Position numbers and translations under genes: made by a program. From IMG/VR virus record IMGVR_UViG_3300042544_003430: 64,000 bases of DNA. The stretch is one strand, 5' to 3'. Below, one piece after another: positions 18,085-27,033 of the stretch (within the stretch, counting starts at the first letter, position 1; each line of letters begins with the position of its first letter). The notes beneath the pieces are model-generated. The model made no database searches. It worked only from the letters and a program-made list of their open reading frames with translations, and was not told the origin of the DNA. This DNA is from a virus (taxonomy: Duplodnaviria; Heunggongvirae; Uroviricota; Caudoviricetes).

Positions 18085-18558
18085 ATGAAAGAAACACTAG
18101 AATTGAGAATGTATGGATTAGTTCCATATAACTTAAGCCCCATCCAGCAAGGGATCCAATTTGGACACGCAGTTGTTGAGTATGGGTTAACCCATTTCGG
18201 AGAAAAAAATTACCGGGATTGGGCTAACAATCATAAGACCTTTATCATTCTCAATGGAGGGACTACTAATAATTCCATAGATAAAGAAACAGGAAATCCA
18301 AAAGGAACTTTAAATCAGCATGCGGTAAACCTTAGAGATATGGGGATTCCTTTTTGCACCTTTTATGAGCCTGACTTAGGGGATCAATTAACAGCAGTAG
18401 TTTTTCTAGTAGACGAACATGTCTTCAACAGAGAAAAATATCCGGATCCAAGAGATCCATTTAATCAGGATTGGGCTTGGTCTGAGCATCTTAGCACAGA
18501 AGAACTTTCTAGAGTTTTGCAAATGAGAGACTTTTTAAAACAATTTAGATTAGCATAA
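18085..18558 (+). CDS. PTH2-family (peptidyl-tRNA hydrolase 2-like) protein
   Basis: Q.GIQFGHAVVEYG ... W...K.FIIL ... GIPF..F.EPDLG..TAVVF follows the PTH2 pattern and resembles the 30204 gene. Confidence 0.4.
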   Translation: MKETLELRMYGLVPYNLSPIQQGIQFGHAVVEYGLTHFGEKNYRDWANNHKTFIILNGGTTNNSIDKETGNPKGTLNQHAVNLRDMGIPFCTFYEPDLGDQLTAVVFLVDEHVFNREKYPDPRDPFNQDWAWSEHLSTEELSRVLQMRDFLKQFRLA

Positions 18559-19079
18559 TGGAATCATACTCAGAAATAGAAGGAGATTTAATCTCATTAG
18601 CAAAGCAAGGTAAATTTGAAGTTATCACCCATGGATGTAATTGCAGATCCCAAATGGGAGCAGGGATTGCACCACAAATGGCAAAAGCATTTGGATGCGA
18701 TAAATTCGAAATGGAAACTTGGGGTCCAACTATCGAAAAATTAGGCTGCATAGATTATGAAACTGTAGTTCTAGGAGAAAATGCAATCTGGAGTCTTCTG
18801 GATGCTAAAAATAACCGAAACGAACCTGAATTGGCCGTTGTTAATTCTTACACCCAAAACTACTACGGAAAGAATCACTCAGATGGGGTTTCCAAACCTT
18901 TAGACTACGAGGCTTTAACCCTTTGCATGAGGAAGATCAATTCTACCTTTAGAGGCAAACACATAGGAATGCCAAAAATAGGAGCAGGATTAGCTGGAGG
19001 AGATTGGAACAGAATAAAAAAAATCATACAGACCGAATTAAAAGACTGTAAAGTAACTATAGTAATATACAACAAATAA
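18558..19079 (+). CDS. macro domain protein, Poa1p-like (ADP-ribose-1''-phosphate phosphatase family)
   Basis: ITHGCNCRSQMGAGIAPQMAKAF matches the Poa1p-type motif HSCNC..WGGGIAYQ. Confidence 0.55.
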   Translation: MESYSEIEGDLISLAKQGKFEVITHGCNCRSQMGAGIAPQMAKAFGCDKFEMETWGPTIEKLGCIDYETVVLGENAIWSLLDAKNNRNEPELAVVNSYTQNYYGKNHSDGVSKPLDYEALTLCMRKINSTFRGKHIGMPKIGAGLAGGDWNRIKKIIQTELKDCKVTIVIYNK

Positions 19080-19099
19080 ATTAAATAAAATAAAATATC

Positions 19100-19459
19100 A
19101 TGGACAATCAAATTGATGAAATGACCGGAACCTTGGAAGAAATGAAAGGTGCATTCGTAGGCTCTTTAGTGCGTAACAACAAAAAGATCCGCGAAGACAG
19201 AGCAATCGCAATCGCAGAAGCTGCTCAAATGCTCTACAAAAGAAAAGTTGAGGACACAGAATTAGCTATTAAACAGCTAAAAAGAGAAAGAGAATCTATG
19301 TTAGACCTTAGTCCAACAACAGCAGATTCTTTGGTAATGGCTTCAGATTTTGACGCAGAAGCTTTCATCCAAAAGGATGTAGAGATCGGTCTCAAAATTA
19401 GAAATTTAGAGATCACTCTAGAAATTGCAAGAACTCGTTACAACCACTTATTTGAATAA
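19100..19459 (+). CDS. hypothetical coiled-coil protein
   Basis: Heptad-rich 119-aa ORF. Confidence 0.35.
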   Translation: MDNQIDEMTGTLEEMKGAFVGSLVRNNKKIREDRAIAIAEAAQMLYKRKVEDTELAIKQLKRERESMLDLSPTTADSLVMASDFDAEAFIQKDVEIGLKIRNLEITLEIARTRYNHLFE

Positions 19460-19464
19460 TCCGT

Positions 19465-20346
19465 ATGGGAAATTCAAGTTATTCTACCTATAATAGATCC
19501 ATCAGATCCGAATCTTTTGGCTATCATAGCAAATCAAGAAACGAGATCTTTACCCAAAGTAAAGAGGGTAAAGCTCACGAGCAAATGAGACCTAAAGGAA
19601 TCGTCTACAGAGAATGTAGAGATTCCGAGGCTCACCCGAATGCTACCCCGATTCAGCTTTATTTGGACGTTACCGGAAGCATGGGACATATTCCCCACGA
19701 AATGATTAAAGACGGTTTACCAACTTTAATGGGGAATCTAATTCAAAGAGGTGTAGAGGATGCTTCCCTTATGTTTGGAGCTATCGGTGACCACGAATGT
19801 GACAAATCACCTCTCCAAGTTGGACAGTTTGAATCTGGTGACGAAGAATTGGACATGTGGCTTACCAGAACCTGGCTCGAAGGCGGAGGTGGTGGAAACG
19901 GCGGAGAAAGCTATCCATTAGCTTGGTATTTCGCAGGAAATCACGTTGCAACAGATGCTTGGGAGAAGAGAAACCAAAAAGGATTCGTATTCACTATCGG
20001 TGATGAGCCTTTCCTTAATTCTCTACCAATGTCTGCAGTAAAGGAAATCATGGGGGATTCAGCATCAGGCCAATCTACTTGGGATGCTACAGTTCTTCTA
20101 GAACAAGCTCAAAAGACAAATCACGTTTTCCATATCTTCTTAGAACATGGTTACAGAAAAGTTGATTCGGCTTGGAAAGAATTAATGGGAGATCACCTTA
20201 TAGTTGCAAAAGACTATAAAGATATCCCGAAAATTATCTCAGAAACAATTTTAACTATTCAAGGGGAAAGAAAACCTTCTGAGAATGCGACCGTATATTC
20301 TAGTAATACTACAGATGAAAAAGACTCTGTAGATATTATCCTATAA
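19465..20346 (+). CDS. von Willebrand factor A (vWA) domain protein
   Basis: MIDAS-like LYLDVTGSMG motif. Confidence 0.5.
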   Translation: MGNSSYSTYNRSIRSESFGYHSKSRNEIFTQSKEGKAHEQMRPKGIVYRECRDSEAHPNATPIQLYLDVTGSMGHIPHEMIKDGLPTLMGNLIQRGVEDASLMFGAIGDHECDKSPLQVGQFESGDEELDMWLTRTWLEGGGGGNGGESYPLAWYFAGNHVATDAWEKRNQKGFVFTIGDEPFLNSLPMSAVKEIMGDSASGQSTWDATVLLEQAQKTNHVFHIFLEHGYRKVDSAWKELMGDHLIVAKDYKDIPKIISETILTIQGERKPSENATVYSSNTTDEKDSVDIIL

Positions 20347-21404
20347 TGAATACGAGCAAAATAGTAATTGGACTAAACTACGGAGACGAAGGAAAGGGGT
20401 TAACCACCTCTTTCCTCTGTTCCCAATCTAAAAATCCCATCGTTGTTAGATTCAACGGGGGTCACCAAGCAGGTCACACAGTATCCTTCAAAGGAAAAAG
20501 ACATGTGTTTTCTAGCTTTGGATCAGGAACACTTCAAAAAGTTCCAACGTACTGGAGCAAATATTGCACATTCTCTCCGACAGCATTTCTAAATGAATTA
20601 AAATTTCTACTGGATAAATCTTTAAAATTCCCAGGATTTTATCTTGATCCTTTATGTCCAATCACAACACCTTACGATTTATACAGCAACCGAAAAGATT
20701 CCCAGAATGTGAGTCATGGAACAGTCGGGGTAGGATTTGGATCAACTCTTAAAAGACACGAAAACTTTTATAAGCTTTATGCACAGGATATGTTCTATCC
20801 AGAAGTCTTCAAAGCAAAATTAGAAAACATTGCTAAGTATTACGGAATGGAGGATCTCGAAATCGATAACTTTTTAGAAGACGTAACAATTGTAACTACT
20901 ATAGTTCAATTGACAAATGAAAAAGTTCTTTTAAATTATTCAGATGCTATATTTGAAGGGGCTCAAGGGGTTCTTTTAGATATGGATTTTGGATTTTTTC
21001 CAAACGTTACCAGATCTAATACAACATCTAAAAATGCACTGGAAATTTCTCCTCTGCATTCAAACGAAATCTACTACATCACAAGATCTTATTTAACTAG
21101 ACACGGAGCTGGATTTCTTCCAGGAGAAAAAGAACTTCCCCTAATTAATAATGAATTGGAGACAAACGTCTCTCATGAATACCAAGGAAATTTTAGAACA
21201 GCAGATTTAGATTTGGATCTTCTAAACTATTCTTTAAAATGTGACTCTCATTTTTCTGAGGGTCAAACCAAAAATCTAGTAATTACCTGCATGGATCAAT
21301 ATCCAATAGATGTAGAAAAATTGCTAGAAAAATTAGAAATTAAATTCAATAAAGTGTTCGTCTCTTACGGGGATTCACTTGATAAAATACAACAATTAAA
21401 ATGA
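20346..21404 (+). CDS. adenylosuccinate synthetase family protein, short form (PurA/PurZ-like)
   Basis: GDEGKGL, GGHQAGHT, FEGAQGVLLDMDFGFFPNVTRSNTT and LTRHGAGFLPGE match PurA P-loop and switch motifs. Only 352 aa. Confidence 0.75.
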   Translation: MNTSKIVIGLNYGDEGKGLTTSFLCSQSKNPIVVRFNGGHQAGHTVSFKGKRHVFSSFGSGTLQKVPTYWSKYCTFSPTAFLNELKFLLDKSLKFPGFYLDPLCPITTPYDLYSNRKDSQNVSHGTVGVGFGSTLKRHENFYKLYAQDMFYPEVFKAKLENIAKYYGMEDLEIDNFLEDVTIVTTIVQLTNEKVLLNYSDAIFEGAQGVLLDMDFGFFPNVTRSNTTSKNALEISPLHSNEIYYITRSYLTRHGAGFLPGEKELPLINNELETNVSHEYQGNFRTADLDLDLLNYSLKCDSHFSEGQTKNLVITCMDQYPIDVEKLLEKLEIKFNKVFVSYGDSLDKIQQLK

Positions 21405-21874
21405 AAATAACAGAAAAATATGTCTTCTTTTGGAACGGGATTTATTCTCAGTGGCACAAAGCAAAAATGACAATCGACGGTGTTGAGTATAGCTCTTGTG
21501 AGCAATATATGATGCATCAAAAAGCTATCGTCTTCAGCGACTTTTATATTGCATCTCAGATACTTCTGACAGAGAATCCGAAAGAGCAAAAAGCACTCGG
21601 AAGACAAATTCAAGGGTTTGATAAAAACATTTGGGATTCGGTTTGCTTGAGCATAGTCTATAAAGGAAATCTAGCTAAATTTTCTCAAAATGAGGATCTA
21701 AAATCAGATCTTCTTTCCACCGAGAATAGAATCCTGGTAGAAGCTTCACCCTTGGATCAAATTTGGGGAATTGGAATGGCAGAGGATCATCCAAATATAG
21801 AATCTCCAGAACACTGGAGGGGACTGAACTTGCTTGGATGGGCGTTAAACTTAGTAAAAAAAGAATTAAATTAA
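21401..21874 (+). CDS. NADAR / YbiA (DUF1768) domain protein
   Basis: FFWNG.YSQWH...EYSSCEQYMMHQKA...ALGRQIQGFD...W...VYKGNLAKFSQN..L...LL.T....LVEASPLDQIWGIG is the YbiA/NADAR signature. Confidence 0.75.
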   Translation: MKITEKYVFFWNGIYSQWHKAKMTIDGVEYSSCEQYMMHQKAIVFSDFYIASQILLTENPKEQKALGRQIQGFDKNIWDSVCLSIVYKGNLAKFSQNEDLKSDLLSTENRILVEASPLDQIWGIGMAEDHPNIESPEHWRGLNLLGWALNLVKKELN

Positions 21875-22114
21875 ATGAAAAGTACAGAATTTGCATATTG
21901 GTTACAAGGGTTCTTCGAACTTAGCGAAACTAACACCTTGTCGGAAAGACAGGTCGAAACTATTAAAAATCATTTGAAGCTGGTTTTCTATCATGAGATA
22001 GATCCTTCCTATTCTACAGATCCTGTAGTACAGGAAACCATGCAAAAAATTCACGACGGAGAACCTCAAAAGAGAACTCCGAGAAATTCTAACCCAAGAA
22101 CTATAAAATGTTAA
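21875..22114 (+). CDS. small hypothetical protein, tandem paralog A
   Basis: Shares the YWLQGFFEL...Q...IK..L...F pattern with the next ORF. Confidence 0.35.
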   Translation: MKSTEFAYWLQGFFELSETNTLSERQVETIKNHLKLVFYHEIDPSYSTDPVVQETMQKIHDGEPQKRTPRNSNPRTIKC

Positions 22115-22377
22115 CCATGGAAGAAACAAGAAATTTTGTTATCTGGCTTGATGGATTTCTAGAAGCTTGCGGGCCAACTCCAACTAAGGAGCAGGTCGAA
22201 AAAATAAAATCCAGGCTGAATGGAATTTTTGAGCATGTTGCAGAAATCCCAGCTAAGGAGAACGAAAAACCGTCTCTAGAGGAATTAGGACAAGAACATG
22301 GATTTAATGTATATCCCGGATTTCCTGGATCAGGATTTCCTTTTAGAGATGAAGGTGGTGGTTTATTAAGATGCTAA
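22108..22377 (+). CDS. small hypothetical protein, tandem paralog B
   Basis: VIWLDGFLEAC...EQVEKIKSRLNGIF. Confidence 0.35.
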   Translation: MLTMEETRNFVIWLDGFLEACGPTPTKEQVEKIKSRLNGIFEHVAEIPAKENEKPSLEELGQEHGFNVYPGFPGSGFPFRDEGGGLLRC

Positions 22378-22722
22378 ATGAGTAGAGTAATTTATATAGC
22401 TTCTCCTTATTCTAATCCCGACCCTGATGTTACCGAGGAGAACTTTAAAAAAGTCTCGAGGCTTGCGGCTAAGCTTTGCTCAGAGGGTCAGGTTGCAATT
22501 TCCCCTATTACTTATGGTCACACGCTGGTTGGATTTAAACCAATGCCAATTGACTGGCCATTCTGGGAGAATTTTTGTCTTTCCATTCTCCAGGCTTGTG
22601 ACGAAATCATAGTTTATAAAATGGAAGGTTGGGATAGATCGAGAGGTGTTGCAGAAGAGGTCGAATTTGCCAGAAGAAAAGGAATCCAGATCACGTATAT
22701 GGAATATGATCCTTCTATCTAA
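22378..22722 (+). CDS. nucleoside 2-deoxyribosyltransferase-like (DUF4406/Rcl-fold) protein
   Basis: VIYIASPYS N-terminal motif typical of the family. Confidence 0.4.
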   Translation: MSRVIYIASPYSNPDPDVTEENFKKVSRLAAKLCSEGQVAISPITYGHTLVGFKPMPIDWPFWENFCLSILQACDEIIVYKMEGWDRSRGVAEEVEFARRKGIQITYMEYDPSI

Positions 22723-22731
22723 CCGTATATT
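22723..22731 (+). promoter_or_regulatory. motif A upstream of 22748
   Basis: taaCCGTATATTtaaataaaatacctttATG. Confidence 0.5.
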
Positions 22732-22747
22732 TAAATAAAATACCTTT

Positions 22748-23191
22748 ATGGAATTAAGAGAATATTTCGAAACAAATCCGGACTCTATCCCTTATCTAGA
22801 AAGACTAGAAAGTGAATGGGAACAGTATGGAAAGATAATCATCGGATGTGATTATGACGACACAATTTCCCCATGGAAGATGGAGAATTTTAATCCAGAA
22901 AGGGTTCTAGAAGTTCTAAAGGTTGCTAGAGAAACCGGAGCTTACATCGTAATCTTTACTTCTTGTGACAAAGCAAGATATCCAGAAATCGAAGACTATT
23001 GTAAAAGCATTGGCCTCACAATCGACTCGATCAATAAAAATCCAATCGACTTACCTTACGGTAAAAAAGGTAAAATCTATGCCAACATTTTCCTGGATGA
23101 CAGAGGTGGAATGAATGAATCCCTAAACATTCTAGAAATGGCAACGTATAGAATTAGAGGAAAAAGAAGAGTTTTAGGAATCAACGTATAA
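22748..23191 (+). CDS. HAD-superfamily hydrolase-like protein
   Basis: IIIGCDYDDTIS (DxDxT motif I). Confidence 0.4.
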   Translation: MELREYFETNPDSIPYLERLESEWEQYGKIIIGCDYDDTISPWKMENFNPERVLEVLKVARETGAYIVIFTSCDKARYPEIEDYCKSIGLTIDSINKNPIDLPYGKKGKIYANIFLDDRGGMNESLNILEMATYRIRGKRRVLGINV

Positions 23192-23199
23192 TTAAGAAA

Positions 23200-23364
23200 A
23201 TGAAAATGAACCCAAAAGAAAAAGAATTGGAAAATATCCAATCCCAACAAAACCCTTCAAAAGAGGTTAATCCAACCGAGTCTGTAATAATAAAACAGAT
23301 CGAGGATGATTTTGAATATCAAGAATATTATTCAGAAAATTCTCCTAATTTCGACGTAGATTAA
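23200..23364 (+). CDS. small acidic ORF (54 aa), not in the ORF track
   Basis: ATG at 23200 and TAA at 23362 in a 210-bp gap. Protein-like composition. Confidence 0.25.
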   Translation: MKMNPKEKELENIQSQQNPSKEVNPTESVIIKQIEDDFEYQEYYSENSPNFDVD

Positions 23365-23373
23365 TCAGGAGGA

Positions 23374-23382
23374 CCGTATATT
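23374..23382 (+). promoter_or_regulatory. motif A upstream of 23402
   Basis: ggaCCGTATATTcaataaaataataaatattATG. Confidence 0.5.
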
Positions 23383-23401
23383 CAATAAAATAATAAATAT
23401 T

Positions 23402-24931
23402 ATGTTTAAATGTAATTCACTATTCTACACAGACGGCTACAAAATTGGCCACAAAAGAATGCTAGCACCAGGAACAACTCGTTTATACGGAACCTGGATT
23501 CCACGAAGTATTAAACACGCTCCAAAAGGAGTTAAAAAAATCGTATCGTTTGGCCAGCAACTAGCTGTTAAATGGTTACACGATGAATTCGAAGAAAATT
23601 TCTTCAAGCTTCCTTTAGAAGAAGCAATGGAATTCGGAAATGATATGGCAATGTATCTCGGCCTCGAGTATGATGCTTCTCATTTCGAAGCTCTCCACAA
23701 ATTAGGTTACTTGCCTATCAAAGTTAAATCTTTACCAGAAGGTATCGAAACTCTTCCAAATGTTCCACACATGACCTTCATTAATACCGTGGATGGATTT
23801 GCTTGGTTAACCCTTTATTTGGAAACCATCATCTCTTCATTAGCTTGGAAGCCTTCAACATCAGCTACAATCGCTTTACAGTACAAAAGAAACCTGATCG
23901 AATGGGTAAGAAAAACAGACCCTAAAAACATCTGGTTAGTTCCTTTCCTAGCTCACGACTTCTCGGCTAGAGGTTTGTCTCCTTGGGACATGTTAGCAAG
24001 CGGTTTAGGACACGCTACATCATTCAGAGGTTCAGACACAATAGTTTGTATCCCAGCAGCTCGATACTTCTACAACGAGCCTAAAAACGAGGTCTGCATC
24101 AATTCTGTAAACGCTTCAGAACACTCAGTATCTACCACCAAAATTTTCACAGTCGGCGAACAACAAATGATAGCAGACTGGTTAAGAGAATTCGACAAAG
24201 GTATCCTTTCAATCGTTTCAGACACATTCGATTTATGGACACTAATCACCAAATATTTACCTGCCAACAAAGAGGCTATCATGGCCAGAGACGGTAAATT
24301 GGTTATCAGACCTGACTCAGGAGACCCAGTAGATATTATTTGCGGATTAGAAAATAAAGTTCTTGAGGAAGGAGTGGGATATAAAGAAGAATACAAAGAA
24401 AGCCCAGAATACAAAGGAGTTATCGAATTACTTTGGGACATCTTCGGAGGTACAATCAACGAAGAAGGTTACAAAGTACTTGATCCTCACATCGGAGCAA
24501 TCTACGGGGACTCTATTACCTTGGACAGACAAATCCAAATCTACGAAAGATTAGCAGCTAAAGGATTTGCAACTACCAATATCGTTTTAGGTATCGGTTC
24601 TTACACCTACCAAATGAACACCAGAGACACCTTAGGCTTCGCAGCTAAAGGAGCATGGTTCGAAGTAGAAGAAAACGGTACTAAAGTAGGCTACGACATC
24701 TACAAAGATCCTATCACAGACGATGGAACTAAGAAATCCTTAAAAGGACTTATTAGAGTCGATGAAGTTTCAGTAACTTCCGAGGAAACTGGAATTACTT
24801 ATACTAAGTATGAAGTAAAAACCCAATGTACCCCAGAACAAGAAGAAGGAGGCATCTTACAAACCATCTACGAAAATGGTAAATTCTACAATCAAACTAC
24901 ATTAACTGAAGTTAGATCAAAATTAAACTAA
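23402..24931 (+). CDS. nicotinamide phosphoribosyltransferase (NAMPT/NadV) family protein
   Basis: FYTDGYKIGHKRM, SFRGSDT and VIRPDSGDP match NAMPT signature regions. 509 aa. Confidence 0.85.
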   Translation: MFKCNSLFYTDGYKIGHKRMLAPGTTRLYGTWIPRSIKHAPKGVKKIVSFGQQLAVKWLHDEFEENFFKLPLEEAMEFGNDMAMYLGLEYDASHFEALHKLGYLPIKVKSLPEGIETLPNVPHMTFINTVDGFAWLTLYLETIISSLAWKPSTSATIALQYKRNLIEWVRKTDPKNIWLVPFLAHDFSARGLSPWDMLASGLGHATSFRGSDTIVCIPAARYFYNEPKNEVCINSVNASEHSVSTTKIFTVGEQQMIADWLREFDKGILSIVSDTFDLWTLITKYLPANKEAIMARDGKLVIRPDSGDPVDIICGLENKVLEEGVGYKEEYKESPEYKGVIELLWDIFGGTINEEGYKVLDPHIGAIYGDSITLDRQIQIYERLAAKGFATTNIVLGIGSYTYQMNTRDTLGFAAKGAWFEVEENGTKVGYDIYKDPITDDGTKKSLKGLIRVDEVSVTSEETGITYTKYEVKTQCTPEQEEGGILQTIYENGKFYNQTTLTEVRSKLN

Positions 24932-24942
24932 AAAAATCGGTA

Positions 24943-24965
24943 TCACCGGGGGGTTTCCCCGGTGA
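24943..24965 (+). terminator. GC hairpin (TCACCGGGG-ggttt-CCCCGGTGA) after NAMPT
   Basis: Perfect 9-bp inverted repeat with no T-run. Abuts the next motif A copy (CCGTATATC, 24966-24974). Confidence 0.35.
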
Positions 24966-25006
24966 CCGTATATCACCAAGAACAATTAATCAATAAAAAA
25001 TAAAAA

Positions 25007-26929
25007 ATGACAATCCAATTAGCTTTAAGCTACGCATGGGTATTAATCCCGCTCCTAGCAATTGTGTTTTACAAATTCACATTGCGAGTATTCTTCGGTA
25101 TGATCATCATCCCGGAAGACAAAATCGGTCTAGTTACAAAGAAATTCGTTCTCTTTGGTTCTAATAGATCTCTACCAGACGGTAAAATTATCGCACTTAA
25201 TGGAGAAGCAGGTTTCCAAGCAGATCCATTAGCTCCTGGTTTGTATTGGTTCTACTGGGTATGGCAGTATTCTGTCGATGAAGCTTCATTAACCGTTATC
25301 CCACAAGGAAAAATTGGTCTATTATCAGCTAAAGACGGTAATCCACTTCCAACCGGTTCGATTTTAGCCCGTCACGTAGAATGTGATAATTATCAGGATA
25401 CCAGATCTTTCTTAACACAAGGTGGACAAAGAGGTAAACAGGTAGGTTATCTTAACAACGGTGTATATCGTATTAACACTTTCTTATTTGACATCTCAGT
25501 TACTGAAATCACTTATATCGAAGATGGAATGGTAGGTGTAGTAACAGCTTTAGATGGTATTCCACTAGGTCCAGGTAGCATTGCAGGTAACCAAATCGAA
25601 GGTCACAACAACTTCCAGGACTTTGATAAATTCTTAGGAGCCGGCGGTCAAAGGGGTTTACAGACTCAAGTTATCCAGGCAGGTTCTTACTCACTTAACC
25701 CTTGGGCAGTAGAGATTGAGAAAAAAGAAATGACTCAAATTCCTATCGGTCACGTTGGGGTAGTAATCTCATTCGTTGGAGAAGAAGGAGTAGACACAAG
25801 TGGAGAGACCTTCAAACATGGTAATATCGTTAAGAAGGGTCAAAGAGGGGTATGGGCAACACCATTAGATCCAGGTAAATACGCAATCAACCCTTACACT
25901 CAAAAAATCGAGATCGTACCAACCACTAACTTGGTTCTTAACTGGGCAAATGCTCGTAACGAATCTCACAATCTGGACAAGAACTTAAGTACAATTACAG
26001 TTCGTTCCAAAGACGGTTTTCCATTCAATATCGATGTATCTCAGATCATCCACATACCAGCAAATGAAGCACCCAAGGTAATCGCAAGATTTGGATCAAT
26101 GGCTAACCTAGTATCTCAGGTTCTAGAACCAACGATCGGTAACTACTTCCGTAACTCTGCACAAGACTCAGATGTTATTGCTTTCTTGGCAACTCGTCAG
26201 CAACGTCAAAATGCGGCCAAAGACAATATTTCTAAAGTATTGGATGAATACAACGTTCATGCAGTAGATACACTAATTGGGGATATCGTTCCCCCTGAAT
26301 CTCTAATGAAAACCCTAACCGATCGTAAGATTGCACAGGAAGAAGAGATAACATTCGAAACTCAACGTAAAGCCCAAGACCAACGTAAGACTTTACAGTC
26401 AGCTAAAGCTCTAGCAGATATGCAAGGAGAGATGGTAAAAGCACAACAGTCAGTTGAAATTGCACAACGTGAAGCAGAAGCAGCAGTTAAGAAATCTGAA
26501 GGATCTGCTAAAGCGTTAGAATTAACCGCTGGTGGTAACGCTAAAGCTCTAGAATTAAAAGCTAATGCAGAAGCTAAAGCTAAGAAAGTAATGGCAGAAG
26601 CAGAAGCCCAACAAATCAAATTGACCGGTGAAGCTCAAGCTTTATCTATCGAGGCAATTGGTAAATCAACAGCCGAGTCTTACAGATTACAAGTAGAAGC
26701 AATGGGAGGCGACAACTTTGCTAACTTCAAAATCACTGAAGCAATCGGAGAAAACAAAATCAAAATTATCCCTGAATTCCTAATCGTAGGAGGTAACGGA
26801 GAAGCTAACCCAATGTCAGGACTATTAGGCCTTGAATTACTTAAAAAGTTCCAAGGTAAAGACCAAGACAATTCGGTTAAAACGATCGAGGTTAAATCAG
26901 AGGTTAAAGAAGAACCTAAAAAGAAATAA
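25007..26929 (+). CDS. SPFH/band-7 (flotillin-like) membrane protein
   Basis: N-terminal TM helix and a long Ala/Glu/Lys-rich coiled-coil tail, as in flotillins. Confidence 0.45.
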   Translation: MTIQLALSYAWVLIPLLAIVFYKFTLRVFFGMIIIPEDKIGLVTKKFVLFGSNRSLPDGKIIALNGEAGFQADPLAPGLYWFYWVWQYSVDEASLTVIPQGKIGLLSAKDGNPLPTGSILARHVECDNYQDTRSFLTQGGQRGKQVGYLNNGVYRINTFLFDISVTEITYIEDGMVGVVTALDGIPLGPGSIAGNQIEGHNNFQDFDKFLGAGGQRGLQTQVIQAGSYSLNPWAVEIEKKEMTQIPIGHVGVVISFVGEEGVDTSGETFKHGNIVKKGQRGVWATPLDPGKYAINPYTQKIEIVPTTNLVLNWANARNESHNLDKNLSTITVRSKDGFPFNIDVSQIIHIPANEAPKVIARFGSMANLVSQVLEPTIGNYFRNSAQDSDVIAFLATRQQRQNAAKDNISKVLDEYNVHAVDTLIGDIVPPESLMKTLTDRKIAQEEEITFETQRKAQDQRKTLQSAKALADMQGEMVKAQQSVEIAQREAEAAVKKSEGSAKALELTAGGNAKALELKANAEAKAKKVMAEAEAQQIKLTGEAQALSIEAIGKSTAESYRLQVEAMGGDNFANFKITEAIGENKIKIIPEFLIVGGNGEANPMSGLLGLELLKKFQGKDQDNSVKTIEVKSEVKEEPKKK

Positions 26930-26948
26930 CCAAAGCTAACTAATAAAA

Positions 26949-26976
26949 ATCCCAGTAGCAATGCTGGGATTTTTTG
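26949..26976 (+). terminator. rho-independent terminator
   Basis: ATCCCAG-tagcaatg-CTGGGAT followed by TTTTTTG. Confidence 0.5.
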
Positions 26977-27033
26977 TTGTGAAACATAGGAGGTAAGACA
27001 ATCTATAATACTTAAACATTATAAATAAACATT

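Noticed and set aside
24943-24965. Calling the perfect GC hairpin after NAMPT a CRISPR repeat or attachment site
   Set aside because: It is a single copy, sits between a stop codon and the next promoter motif, and fits a transcription terminator or processing hairpin.
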